Of a stretch of DNA of 64,000 bases, positions 1 to 6,761 are shown one piece after another (the first letter of the stretch is position 1; each line of letters starts with the position of its first letter). The notes beneath the pieces were generated by a model. It ran no database searches. It saw only the letters and a program-made list of their open reading frames with translations, and was not told the origin of the DNA. The DNA is taken from the NCBI GenBank assembly GCA_037440225.1, contig JBBIUN010000013.1, forward strand, positions 10,936 to 74,935, in the 5' to 3' direction. The translations under genes and the position numbers were made by a program. This DNA comes from Gemmatimonadota bacterium (lineage in GTDB: Bacteria; Gemmatimonadota; Gemmatimonadetes; Gemmatimonadales; GWC2-71-9).

Positions 1-2
1 GG

Positions 3-110
3 GTCCGGGATGACGGCCAACTTGCCGAGGAGATCGTCTTCGAGACCAATGCGCGGGGCGAGGTGACCCGGTTCAAGCGGAACAGCAATTACGCGACCAA
101 GGTGCGCTAG
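3..110 (+). CDS. 3' end of a gene starting upstream of the window (35 codons; product not assignable)
   Basis: Frame is open from the window edge to TAG 108-110 with GC-rich third positions (...IVFETNARGEVTRFKRNSNYATKVR*). Too short for a family call. Confidence 0.4.
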   Translation, partial: VRDDGQLAEEIVFETNARGEVTRFKRNSNYATKVR

Positions 111-197
111 CTGGCGGGAAGCAGCCTGACTGGTGCGGTTCGGCTACCACGGCGCCGGCGGCGGGTCCCCCGCGGCCCGGGAGCGCACGGGGACGTC

Positions 198-755
198 CTA
201 CGGCTCCCCGGCAGGCCTCTCGAACCGCGCTTCGAGTTCGACGCCCAATCCCTGGGCCATCCGGTTCACGAAGGCGTAATACCCCGTGATGGCGCAGATG
301 TCGTGGATGGCCCGGTCATCGAATCCCGCCTCCCGGAGGCGCTCCACGTCCGCCGCGGTGACGCTGCTGGGGCGTTCGGTCACCAGGATCGCGTACTCCA
401 GCATGGCCCGGTCGGCGGGGCTCAGGTCCACGCTCCGGAAATCGGCCGCCAGCGCCGCCACGAACTCCCGCGCCGCGCCCGCTGAGCGGCCACTCGACTG
501 CAGCAGCTGACGGAGCCCCGCCCCGTGGTGCGCCACTCAGTAGTGGCAGTGGTTGGCGGCGGACACCACCACCGCGATCATTTCCCGCTGGACCCGCGAG
601 AGCGGGCCTGGCCCCCGCATCAGCTCCCGGTAGAACTCGTAGTGCTGCCGCATGATGCGGGGGTGCACGCCGTGGATGCGCACGATGTTGTCCCGGTCCG
701 GAACCCGATCTTCCGGCGGGATGTCTTGGTCCGGGACGTACCGGATGAACGCCAG
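198..755 (-). CDS. AhpD / carboxymuconolactone-decarboxylase-family peroxidase-related protein with in-frame TGA (537-539) at the second Cys of the CxxC motif (C-H-Y-U): candidate selenoprotein
   Basis: Listed ORF 198..536 is only the C-terminal half. My translation upstream in the same frame gives LAFIRYVPDQDIPPEDRVPDRDNIVRIHGVHPRIMRQHYEFYRELMRGPGPLSRVQREMIAVVVSAANHCHY-TGA-VAHHGAGLRQLL..., the AhpD-core NxCxYCxxHH signature. There is no ATG/GTG/TTG in frame upstream. The best start is CTG 753-755, 5 nt after an AGGAG SD that overlaps the TlpA stop, so the start is uncertain. Confidence 0.7.
510..526 (-). promoter_or_regulatory. Candidate bacterial SECIS hairpin for the AhpD-like UGA
   Basis: The mRNA is ACGGGG-CGGGG-CUCCGU (6 bp including one G-U, G-rich 5-nt loop). 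It begins 10 nt after UGA 537-539. Fold not computed. Confidence 0.45.
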
Positions 756-763
756 GCGCGCTC

Positions 764-1303
764 CTACTGGCCCAGGAGGTCCGCCACGAACATGCGGTTG
801 GCGGGCTCCGACCAGTCGGCCTCGAAGGTTTTCTTGCGGATCACGCCACCGCGGTCGATCACGAAACTCTGCGGGACCCCGATCAACTGATAAGCCTGCT
901 GGATGGCGCCGGTGGGATCGTGCCAGATCTCGAACGTGAGCCCGTACTCCTGAGCGAAGGCGTGGATGTCCGCTTCCGCGCCGGCGTCATCAACGCTCAC
1001 GGCCACCACGGCGAGACCCCGCGGGCCTAGCTCCTGGTACAGCCGCTCGATGCTGGGCATCTCACGCCGGCAGGGATCGCACCACGTGGCCCAGATGTTG
1101 AGCAACACGACCCGGCCCCGGTATTCGCTCAGCCGGACGGTCCGCCCCGGCTCGCCCGGTCCCACCCGGCGAGCCACCACCTCCGGTGCCGGGCCGCCCA
1201 CGTCCACCGCGGCCGGCACCTGAAGCCGCGCCAGGCCCAGCACCGCCCCCACGCCGCCCCCCACGCACAAGGCAGCCACGAGGTACCACCGGGAACGGCT
1301 CAC
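764..1303 (-). CDS. TlpA/ResA-like membrane-anchored thiol:disulfide oxidoreductase
   Basis: 179-aa ORF with an N-terminal TM helix and thioredoxin-fold active site NIWATWCDPCRREMP. GTG start overlaps the upstream TGA stop (GTGA). Confidence 0.9.
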   Translation of the reverse strand: MSRSRWYLVAALCVGGGVGAVLGLARLQVPAAVDVGGPAPEVVARRVGPGEPGRTVRLSEYRGRVVLLNIWATWCDPCRREMPSIERLYQELGPRGLAVVAVSVDDAGAEADIHAFAQEYGLTFEIWHDPTGAIQQAYQLIGVPQSFVIDRGGVIRKKTFEADWSEPANRMFVADLLGQ

Positions 1304-1908
1304 CGGATAGCCTCCAGCGCTTCCAAGATCATGGCGTTCGACGGCCGGATCTTATAGTTCACCTCCGTAAACTTCCAGCGCACCACGCCTTGCCGGTCTA
1401 TCACATAGGTCGTGGGATGGGGAATCCCCCGCGGGTCGTCCGGATTGAGCAGCCCGTAGCGGTTGATCACGCGATGCCCCGGATCCGACAGAAAGACGAA
1501 CTCCGGCCGCCGGCCGTCCTCCTGGGCAATCCGATCCGCCATCTTCTGCAGATCGGCCTTGGGATCCACGGACACCGCGAGGATCTCGGTTTCCCGTTTT
1601 TGGGCCGGGGTCAACAGGTCCCTCAGCTCGCCGAGCTGACGCGCGCAATAGGGTCACCAGTGGCCCCGGTAAAACACCAGCACCACGTTCTTGTGGCCCC
1701 GGTAACTCGATAGGGTCACCACGCTGCGATCCAGCGCTTCCAGCGTGAAATCCGGAGCCACATCACCGACCTTGACGCGGTTCAGATCGCTAGGCGGATC
1801 CGTGGGGCCGTCCTTGGGCCCGAGCGCCGGCACCCCCTGGGACCAAAGCTCACCACTCCCCGCCAGGACCAGCACCAGCGCCACCCTCGTCGCCATCGCC
1901 AGAGACAT
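1300..1908 (-). CDS. Secreted peroxiredoxin (AhpC/TSA-redoxin family) with in-frame TGA (1654-1656) at the peroxidatic Cys position (W-U-P-Y-C): candidate selenoprotein
   Basis: ORF 1300..1614 and the tail of ORF 1654..2559 share one frame and are separated only by TGA. The joined sequence is MSLAMATRVALVLVLAGSGELWSQ...[69 protein letters not shown]... ATG 1906-1908 is preceded by GGAGGGAGG. A signal peptide is present. Confidence 0.75.
1623..1639 (-). promoter_or_regulatory. Candidate bacterial SECIS hairpin for the peroxiredoxin UGA
   Basis: The mRNA is UCAGCUC-GGC-GAGCUGA (perfect 7-bp stem, G-rich apex). It begins 14 nt after UGA 1654-1656. Fold not computed. Confidence 0.45.
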
Positions 1909-1928
1909 GGGGCTACCTCCCTCCGCGC

Positions 1929-2156
1929 CTAGGCCACCACCAGCTCCCGCAGGCGCTCCAGCAGTTCCTTCGGCGGCTTCGGCGCCGCCTCTCGCTGCCG
2001 AGCCAGCGCTTCGAGAAAGGCGAACTCGTAGCGGTACTGCGGGTAGCAGCGCGCACACTCGGCCAGATGGGCGGCGATCTCCTCGGTCCAGACGGGATCC
2101 AATTCGCCGTCCAGGTAGTCCCACAAGCGCTCGATCACTTCCCGGCACGATACCAT
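1929..2156 (-). CDS. Zinc-binding anti-sigma factor (ZAS, RsrA-like)
   Basis: 75 aa with the H-x3-C-x2-C motif (HLAECARC) plus N-terminal Cys4. ATG directly abuts the sigma-factor TAG (TAGATG). Confidence 0.85.
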   Translation of the reverse strand: MVSCREVIERLWDYLDGELDPVWTEEIAAHLAECARCYPQYRYEFAFLEALARQREAAPKPPKELLERLRELVVA

Positions 2157-2738
2157 CTAGCCCACCTCCTCCCGCGACCGCAGCAGGCCAGCGTCCTCGG
2201 CGTAGGCCAAGAGGTCCTGCTGCAACAGCCTCCGGCCCCGGAACAAGCGCGAGCGGACCGTTCCAATGGGAACGCCCAGCACGCGCGCTGCCTCCGCGTA
2301 CGATTGGTCCTCGATGTCCACCAACATCACCGCCGTCCGATACTCCTCCGGCAGCTTGGCCAAGGCGCGCTGAATCGCCTCCGCCAAGTCGCTCCGCTCG
2401 AAGAGCGCCCCTTCCGGATCCGCCCCCAGCACGCTGGCGTGGATGCCTGCCGCCGCCAGGGCTTCCAATGCGGCATCCTCCGTGACGACCTCCCGCTCCG
2501 CGCGGTGCATCCCCTTGAGGAAGGCGTTGCGGCAAATCGTAAAGAGCCAAGCCCGGCAATCGGTCCCCATCTCGAACTGATCCCGGTGGGCCAGCGCCCG
2601 GACGTAGGTCTCCTGGACCAGATCCTCGGCGCGAACCGGGTCCCGCGTGAGCGCCAAGGCAAACCGATAGACCGCATCGGCCGCTGCCAACAGTTGGCTT
2701 TCGAACGTGGGACCCGGGGTCTCAGCCATCGTCTCCAC
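2157..2738 (-). CDS. ECF-type RNA polymerase sigma-70 family factor
   Basis: 193 aa with sigma region 2 (DLVQETYVRAL...) and region 4 (EEYRTAVMLVDIEDQSYAEAARVLGVPIGTVRSRLFRGR). Start is GTG 2738 or ATG 2729. Confidence 0.9.
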   Translation of the reverse strand: METMAETPGPTFESQLLAAADAVYRFALALTRDPVRAEDLVQETYVRALAHRDQFEMGTDCRAWLFTICRNAFLKGMHRAEREVVTEDAALEALAAAGIHASVLGADPEGALFERSDLAEAIQRALAKLPEEYRTAVMLVDIEDQSYAEAARVLGVPIGTVRSRLFRGRRLLQQDLLAYAEDAGLLRSREEVG

Positions 2739-2798
2739 CGACTACCAGGAAAATCGCTCCCTCCCTCCGAAGTTCCCGCGGATACGCGGCGTGTCGCC

Positions 2799-4151
2799 TC
2801 AGAGCAGGTACGGCACGTCCGATCCGGTCGTGGGGTAGGCATACAGCTGGTGCTTGAGATCCGAGGCCAGCACTCGGGATCGGATGGCCAGCGCGAAGAG
2901 GTTGATGACCTCTTCAGCGTGCGGCCCGAGCAGGTGCGCCCCCAGAATCCGGTCCTCCCCCTCCGCCAGGACCACCTTGGCCATGGCACAGGTCTCTGCC
3001 ACCCGCCGTGCCGAGTACCAGCCGGAGGTGTCTTGCTGCTTCACGCGAAGGGGAATCCCCTGGGCCCGGGCCTCGGCCTCGGAGAGCCCCACCGCCGCCA
3101 GCGGCGGGATGGTAAAGGCCACGCTCGGCACCCCGCGATAGTCCGGTGTGTGGTTGTTGCCCTCGAGGAGATTGGAGGCCACGATAGTGCCCTGATAGCC
3201 GGCCACCGGGGTGAGCGGCGCGGCCCCGGGCGAAGCCGCCACGTCGCCTGCCGCGTACACCCTCGGGTTGGTGGTGCTTTGCAGGAACGCGTTGACGCGG
3301 ACCCCGCCGCCGGGCTCCACCGCGACCTCCGCAGCGGCCAGGTCGAGGTGTTGGGTGTTGGGCACTCGCCCGCCACCATGAACCACCGCATCGGCCTCGA
3401 TCGCCGCCTTCCCATCCAGCCCGGCGAGTTCGACCCTGAAGCCGCTCCCTCGCCGCTCCACCGCCGTCACGGCCATCCCCAGCGCAAGCTCGACGCCCAA
3501 ACCCCGGGTGTGCTCCACCAGCCGCGCCACCAAGTCCGCATCGAAGCGCTTCAGCGGCTGGCCGCGGCCGATCACGATCGCCTGGGCACCGGCCCGCTGA
3601 GCCACGTGAGCAAACTCGAAGGAGATGTATCCGGCGCCCAGGAACGCCACCCGAGCGGGCAGTTGGTCCAACTCGAGGAACTGCGTGCTGGTCAGCAGGT
3701 GCTCCTCGCCCGGAATACCGAGACGCCGCGGTCTCGCTCCGGCAGCGATCACGAAATGGCGCGCGGTGAGCGTCTGGCCGTCCACCGCCAGCTGATCCGG
3801 CGCCACGAAGCGAGCCGGCCCGCGGTAGCACTCGATCCCGGCCCGCCGGAAGGCCGCGACGCGGTTCTCGGGCACGGGGTCGGTGAAGGTACGCTTGAAC
3901 CGCATCAGCTCCGCCCACGAGATCCGGGTCTCACCGGTGATGCCGCGGCCCTTCAGGCGGCGTGCCCAGTCGGCAACTTCCGCGGCCCCCACCAGCACCT
4001 TCTTGGGATCGCAGCCCCGCAAGGCGCAGGTGCCCCCGAACGGCAATTCGTCTACCACGGCCACCCGCCAGCCGGCCCGCCGGCAGCGGTATGCCGGCGC
4101 CGACCCCCCTGAGCCGGTGCCGATCACGACCAGATCGAAGCTCGCCGTCAC
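2799..4151 (-). CDS. Pyridine nucleotide-disulfide oxidoreductase (glutathione-reductase / dihydrolipoamide-dehydrogenase superfamily flavoprotein)
   Basis: FAD fold DLVVIGTGSGG and redox-active GGTCALRGCDPKK. A second dinucleotide fold is VAFLGAGYISFEFA. GTG 4149-4151 is preceded by AAGGAGA. The longer listed ORF start (4274) lacks support. Confidence 0.9.
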   Translation of the reverse strand: MTASFDLVVIGTGSGGSAPAYRCRRAGWRVAVVDELPFGGTCALRGCDPKKVLVGAAEVADWARRLKGRGITGETRISWAELMRFKRTFTDPVPENRVAAFRRAGIECYRGPARFVAPDQLAVDGQTLTARHFVIAAGARPRRLGIPGEEHLLTSTQFLELDQLPARVAFLGAGYISFEFAHVAQRAGAQAIVIGRGQPLKRFDADLVARLVEHTRGLGVELALGMAVTAVERRGSGFRVELAGLDGKAAIEADAVVHGGGRVPNTQHLDLAAAEVAVEPGGGVRVNAFLQSTTNPRVYAAGDVAASPGAAPLTPVAGYQGTIVASNLLEGNNHTPDYRGVPSVAFTIPPLAAVGLSEAEARAQGIPLRVKQQDTSGWYSARRVAETCAMAKVVLAEGEDRILGAHLLGPHAEEVINLFALAIRSRVLASDLKHQLYAYPTTGSDVPYLL

Positions 4152-4194
4152 TCGCTCTCCTTGGCGTCGCAGGTTTTCTGGCGCGGACGCGGGC

Positions 4195-4533
4195 TCAGCC
4201 GCCCTGCCGCAGCACATGGGCCAAGGCGCCCTTGAGGCTGGCCAGGGCTTTGACCCCCTGCCCCTTGGCCACACTCTCGGCGACGCACGTATCCATGTGC
4301 CCCTGCAACAATTCCACGGCCACGCCGTTGATCGCCTGCTTGACGGCGCCGATCTGGATCAGGATGTCGTCGCAGGAATGGTGCTCGGCGATCAAGCGCT
4401 GAATCCCGCGAATCTGCCCTTCGATGCGCCGCAGGCGATTTTGGATCCGGCGTTCCACCGCCGGCTTCAAGTACACGCTGGGCAAGCAAGTGCGGGCCAT
4501 ACTCTCTGCCGTCGCGTCTGGGGACGCGCCCAT
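4195..4533 (-). CDS. csoR: CsoR/RcnR-family metal- or persulfide-sensing transcriptional repressor (C-H-C type)
   Basis: Carries RRIEGQIRGIQRLI...HHSCDDILIQIGAV...LQGHMDTC (Cys, then His-x3-Cys). An alternative start is ATG 4500 (MARTCLP...). Confidence 0.85.
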   Translation of the reverse strand: MGASPDATAESMARTCLPSVYLKPAVERRIQNRLRRIEGQIRGIQRLIAEHHSCDDILIQIGAVKQAINGVAVELLQGHMDTCVAESVAKGQGVKALASLKGALAHVLRQGG

Positions 4534-4534
4534 T

Positions 4535-4550
4535 ATACCCGGCCAGGTAT
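4535..4550 (-). promoter_or_regulatory. Candidate CsoR operator (near-palindrome ATACC-N6-GGTAT)
   Basis: ATACCCGGCCAGGTAT lies immediately upstream of the csoR ORF. It resembles the GC-rich TACCC...GGGTA type of CsoR/RicR operators. Confidence 0.4.
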
Positions 4551-4569
4551 GGCCTGCGAAAGAGCCGGG

Positions 4570-6444
4570 TCAGCGGGCGGACCCAGCGGGCTCGGCAGCG
4601 TGGTCGAACTGCCGGATGGCGTCCACGAGTTCGGTCAATTCGAACGGCTTGCTCAATTGGCGGGCACCGGTCCGTTCGAGAAACTCCCGGACCTCGTGGC
4701 TCAAGACGTCGCCCGTCACAAAGAGGAACCGGCTGGCCAGCTCCGGCCGCCGGCGGACCGCTGCGTCGTATAGCTCGAGGCCACTTCGCCCTCCGAGGTG
4801 TACGTCACACACCACCAAGTCAAACCGCTCGGATGCCAGCCGGGCCAGCGCCGCCTCCGCCTCCCCAACACCGGCAACCCGCCACCCCCGGGCCTCGAGC
4901 AACCGGCTCACCGACTGCCGCAGGGCCGGTTCATCCTCCACCACCAACAGCCGCATAGCGCCACCGGTCCCGTTCCGCTCCGGCCGGGGCCGGGCCGCTG
5001 CCGGCGGTGCCGCGGGAGCCGGCTCGGAAGCTGCCGCCGGCAGCCTCAGCGTAAAGGTGGCCCCGCGACCGAGTTCAGACTCGGCCGAGAGTTCGCCGCC
5101 GTGATCCCGGGCGATGCGGCGGGCGATCGCCAGCCCCAAGCCAGTGCCTACCCCCACCGGCTTGGTGGTAAAGAACGACTCGAAGAGCTGCGGCAGATGC
5201 TCCGGCTTGATGCCCGGCCCGTCGTCCTTGACCACCACCTCGACTCCCTGCCCCGCCGGACGCGTGAAGACCTCGAGCCTACCCCGCCCCCGGGCCTCGT
5301 GCATCGCCTGCTCCGCGTTGGCCAGCAGGTTGACCAGCACCTGCTCGATCTCACCGGGCACCGCGGAGACCAGCGGCAGGCCTGGCTGCGGGTGGAACGA
5401 CACCTGAATGCCATGGGCCGCAAAACTCGCCGCTCGCGCCCGCAGCGTCCGTTCGACCAGCTCGTTCACCTCCACCGGCTTGCGAGGCTGTTCCCCCCTT
5501 CTCACCAGGTTGAGGAGCTGGCGCGCAATCCCCGCCGCCCGCCGGGCCTCGTGCGCAATGGTTCGCAGGTCGCTCGCAGCCTGCTCGCTCAGTCCCGATG
5601 CCTCCTGCAGGAGCTCGGCATAGGCCACCACCGAGGCCAGGGGATTGTTGAGTTCGTGCGCGATCGAAGCAATGGTGGCACCTAACTCGCTCAAGGTCTC
5701 CGTGCGGCGCCGGGCCTGCTCGTTCCGCACGCGGTCCGACTGATCGCGCACGGTGACCAGGTACGCGATCGGCTGCTCAGCCTCGTCGCGGACCGGCGAG
5801 ACGGCCAGTTCGGCCGCGAACGGCCGGCCGTTGATGGTGCGAGCCACGACGGGTACGGCTTGCTGGCGGTCGGCGGCGGAGGCTGCCACGGGCTCCCCCT
5901 CGCCGCTCAGGGCCAAGAGCCGGCGGAAGGGCGAACCGGCCAGTTCCCCTGGCTGCGTACCAAAGAGCCGGCGGGCGGCACCGTTGGCGTACTGAATGAC
6001 CTCGTCCGCATCCAGCAGCAACATCGCCTCCGGGAAGGTGCTCAGCGCAGCGGTCACCACTTGCGCCTGGTCTCGCCGCCGGGCCTGCTCCTGGCGCACC
6101 GCCAGCGCGAACCCTCCAACCAGGGAGTCGGTCAACCCGACGGCCGTGCTCAGGGCCAACACGGTCGCTTCGTCCGCGCCTATCCCATACCCCGCGCCGA
6201 AGAGTCGCTCCCCTCCGGCCACGCAGATCACGCTGGCCAGCGTGGCCAGCACTGCTCCTCGCAACCCGAACGTGTAGGCCAGCATGGCCACGGGCAGAAT
6301 GTGGGCGAACCACAGCAAGTGCGACGGTACGCCCACCACCGGCCGCAACAGCGGGTGCAGGGCGGGGAGCGCCGCGATCAGCGCCGCCGATCCCAGAACG
6401 AACAGCCGACGGTTGGAAGCCGGCAGGGAAGTCCATTCGGGCAC
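4570..6444 (-). CDS. Hybrid sensor histidine kinase (membrane N-terminus, PAS, HisKA/HATPase, C-terminal receiver)
   Basis: H-box IAHELNNPLASV, G-boxes DDGPGI and GTGLGLAI, and receiver MRLLVVEDEP...DLVVCDVHL. GTG 6442-6444 is preceded by GAGGAGGAAACAGC. The listed ATG 6660 adds an Arg-rich, low-GC3 extension. Confidence 0.85.
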   Translation of the reverse strand: MPEWTSLPASNRRLFVLGSAALIAALPALHPLLRPVVGVPSHLLWFAHILPVAMLAYTFGLRGAVLATLASVICVAGGERLFGAGYGIGADEATVLALSTAVGLTDSLVGGFALAVRQEQARRRDQAQVVTAALSTFPEAMLLLDADEVIQYANGAARRLFGTQPGELAGSPFRRLLALSGEGEPVAASAADRQQAVPVVARTINGRPFAAELAVSPVRDEAEQPIAYLVTVRDQSDRVRNEQARRRTETLSELGATIASIAHELNNPLASVVAYAELLQEASGLSEQAASDLRTIAHEARRAAGIARQLLNLVRRGEQPRKPVEVNELVERTLRARAASFAAHGIQVSFHPQPGLPLVSAVPGEIEQVLVNLLANAEQAMHEARGRGRLEVFTRPAGQGVEVVVKDDGPGIKPEHLPQLFESFFTTKPVGVGTGLGLAIARRIARDHGGELSAESELGRGATFTLRLPAAASEPAPAAPPAAARPRPERNGTGGAMRLLVVEDEPALRQSVSRLLEARGWRVAGVGEAEAALARLASERFDLVVCDVHLGGRSGLELYDAAVRRRPELASRFLFVTGDVLSHEVREFLERTGARQLSKPFELTELVDAIRQFDHAAEPAGSAR

Positions 6445-6533
6445 GCTGTTTCCTCCTCGACGCTGAGCGCGATGGGCGACGCCGGCGGCCTGAACCCGGC
6501 CCCCAGGCTCAACCGCCCGGCACTGACTACCCA

Positions 6534-6563
6534 GGGAACCCGAACCCATCCCCAAGGGTTCCC
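6534..6563. repeat. Inverted repeat GGGAACCC-N14-GGGTTCCC
   Basis: Read directly. It shares the GGAACC/GGTTCC core with the two units downstream. Confidence 0.6.
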
Positions 6564-6604
6564 GCTCCCGCCTAGCGATGAGCAGGCGAGGCGTCCGAGC
6601 CGCC

Positions 6605-6706
6605 TGTGGACAGGTTCCCGCCCGGGAACCAATCCGAAGCGCGCTATCGAGGCGTACCAACCGAGAGGAGGCGTGTGGAGAGGTTCCTGCCCGGGAACCA
6701 ATCCGA
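6605..6706. repeat. Two ~33-nt direct repeat units (6605-6637 and 6674-6706), each containing a GGTTCC(C/T)-GCCC-GGGAACC hairpin
   Basis: TGTGGACAGGTTCCCGCCCGGGAACCAATCCGA versus TGTGGAGAGGTTCCTGCCCGGGAACCAATCCGA (2 mismatches). They lie in the 317-nt divergent intergenic region. Confidence 0.75.
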
Positions 6707-6761
6707 GAGCCCCGGGATTGGTTGGCAGAGACAGGAACCCCTTTCTACCACAGAGGATACG

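Noticed and set aside
2799-2801. TGA stop of the flavoprotein disulfide reductase, considered as a C-terminal Sec as in high-Mr thioredoxin reductases.
   Set aside because: Read-through would give GDTPRIRGNFGG..., with no GCUG-type redox tail. The protein already ends at the normal family C-terminus.
2067-4112. Long antisense or overlapping ORFs throughout the window. Examples: 2067..4112 +, 9357..11978 -, 13290..16373 +, 17111..18739 +, 18641..20812 -, 24104..26431 +, 31544..35251 +, 46263..48740 -, 56163..57866 -.
   Set aside because: They are Arg/Gly/Pro/Ala-rich low-complexity translations lying opposite genes that have clear family motifs. This is the expected artefact of stop-codon-poor GC-rich DNA, and no motif or RBS support was seen.
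6720-6740. TGGCAG-N..-GGAAC read as a sigma-54 -24/-12 promoter downstream of the paired palindromes.
   Set aside because: The GC dinucleotide required at -12 is absent at the correct 10-nt spacing from the GG. No enhancer-binding protein gene is nearby.
6606-6761. 5' extension of ORF 6606..7187, whose translation shows a repeated RFPPGNQSE / RFLPGNQSE peptide.
   Set aside because: The peptide repeat only mirrors the nucleotide hairpin repeats. The segment has no hydrophobic or signal character and no SD. GTG 6762 with an AGAGGA SD gives a clean membrane-protein start.
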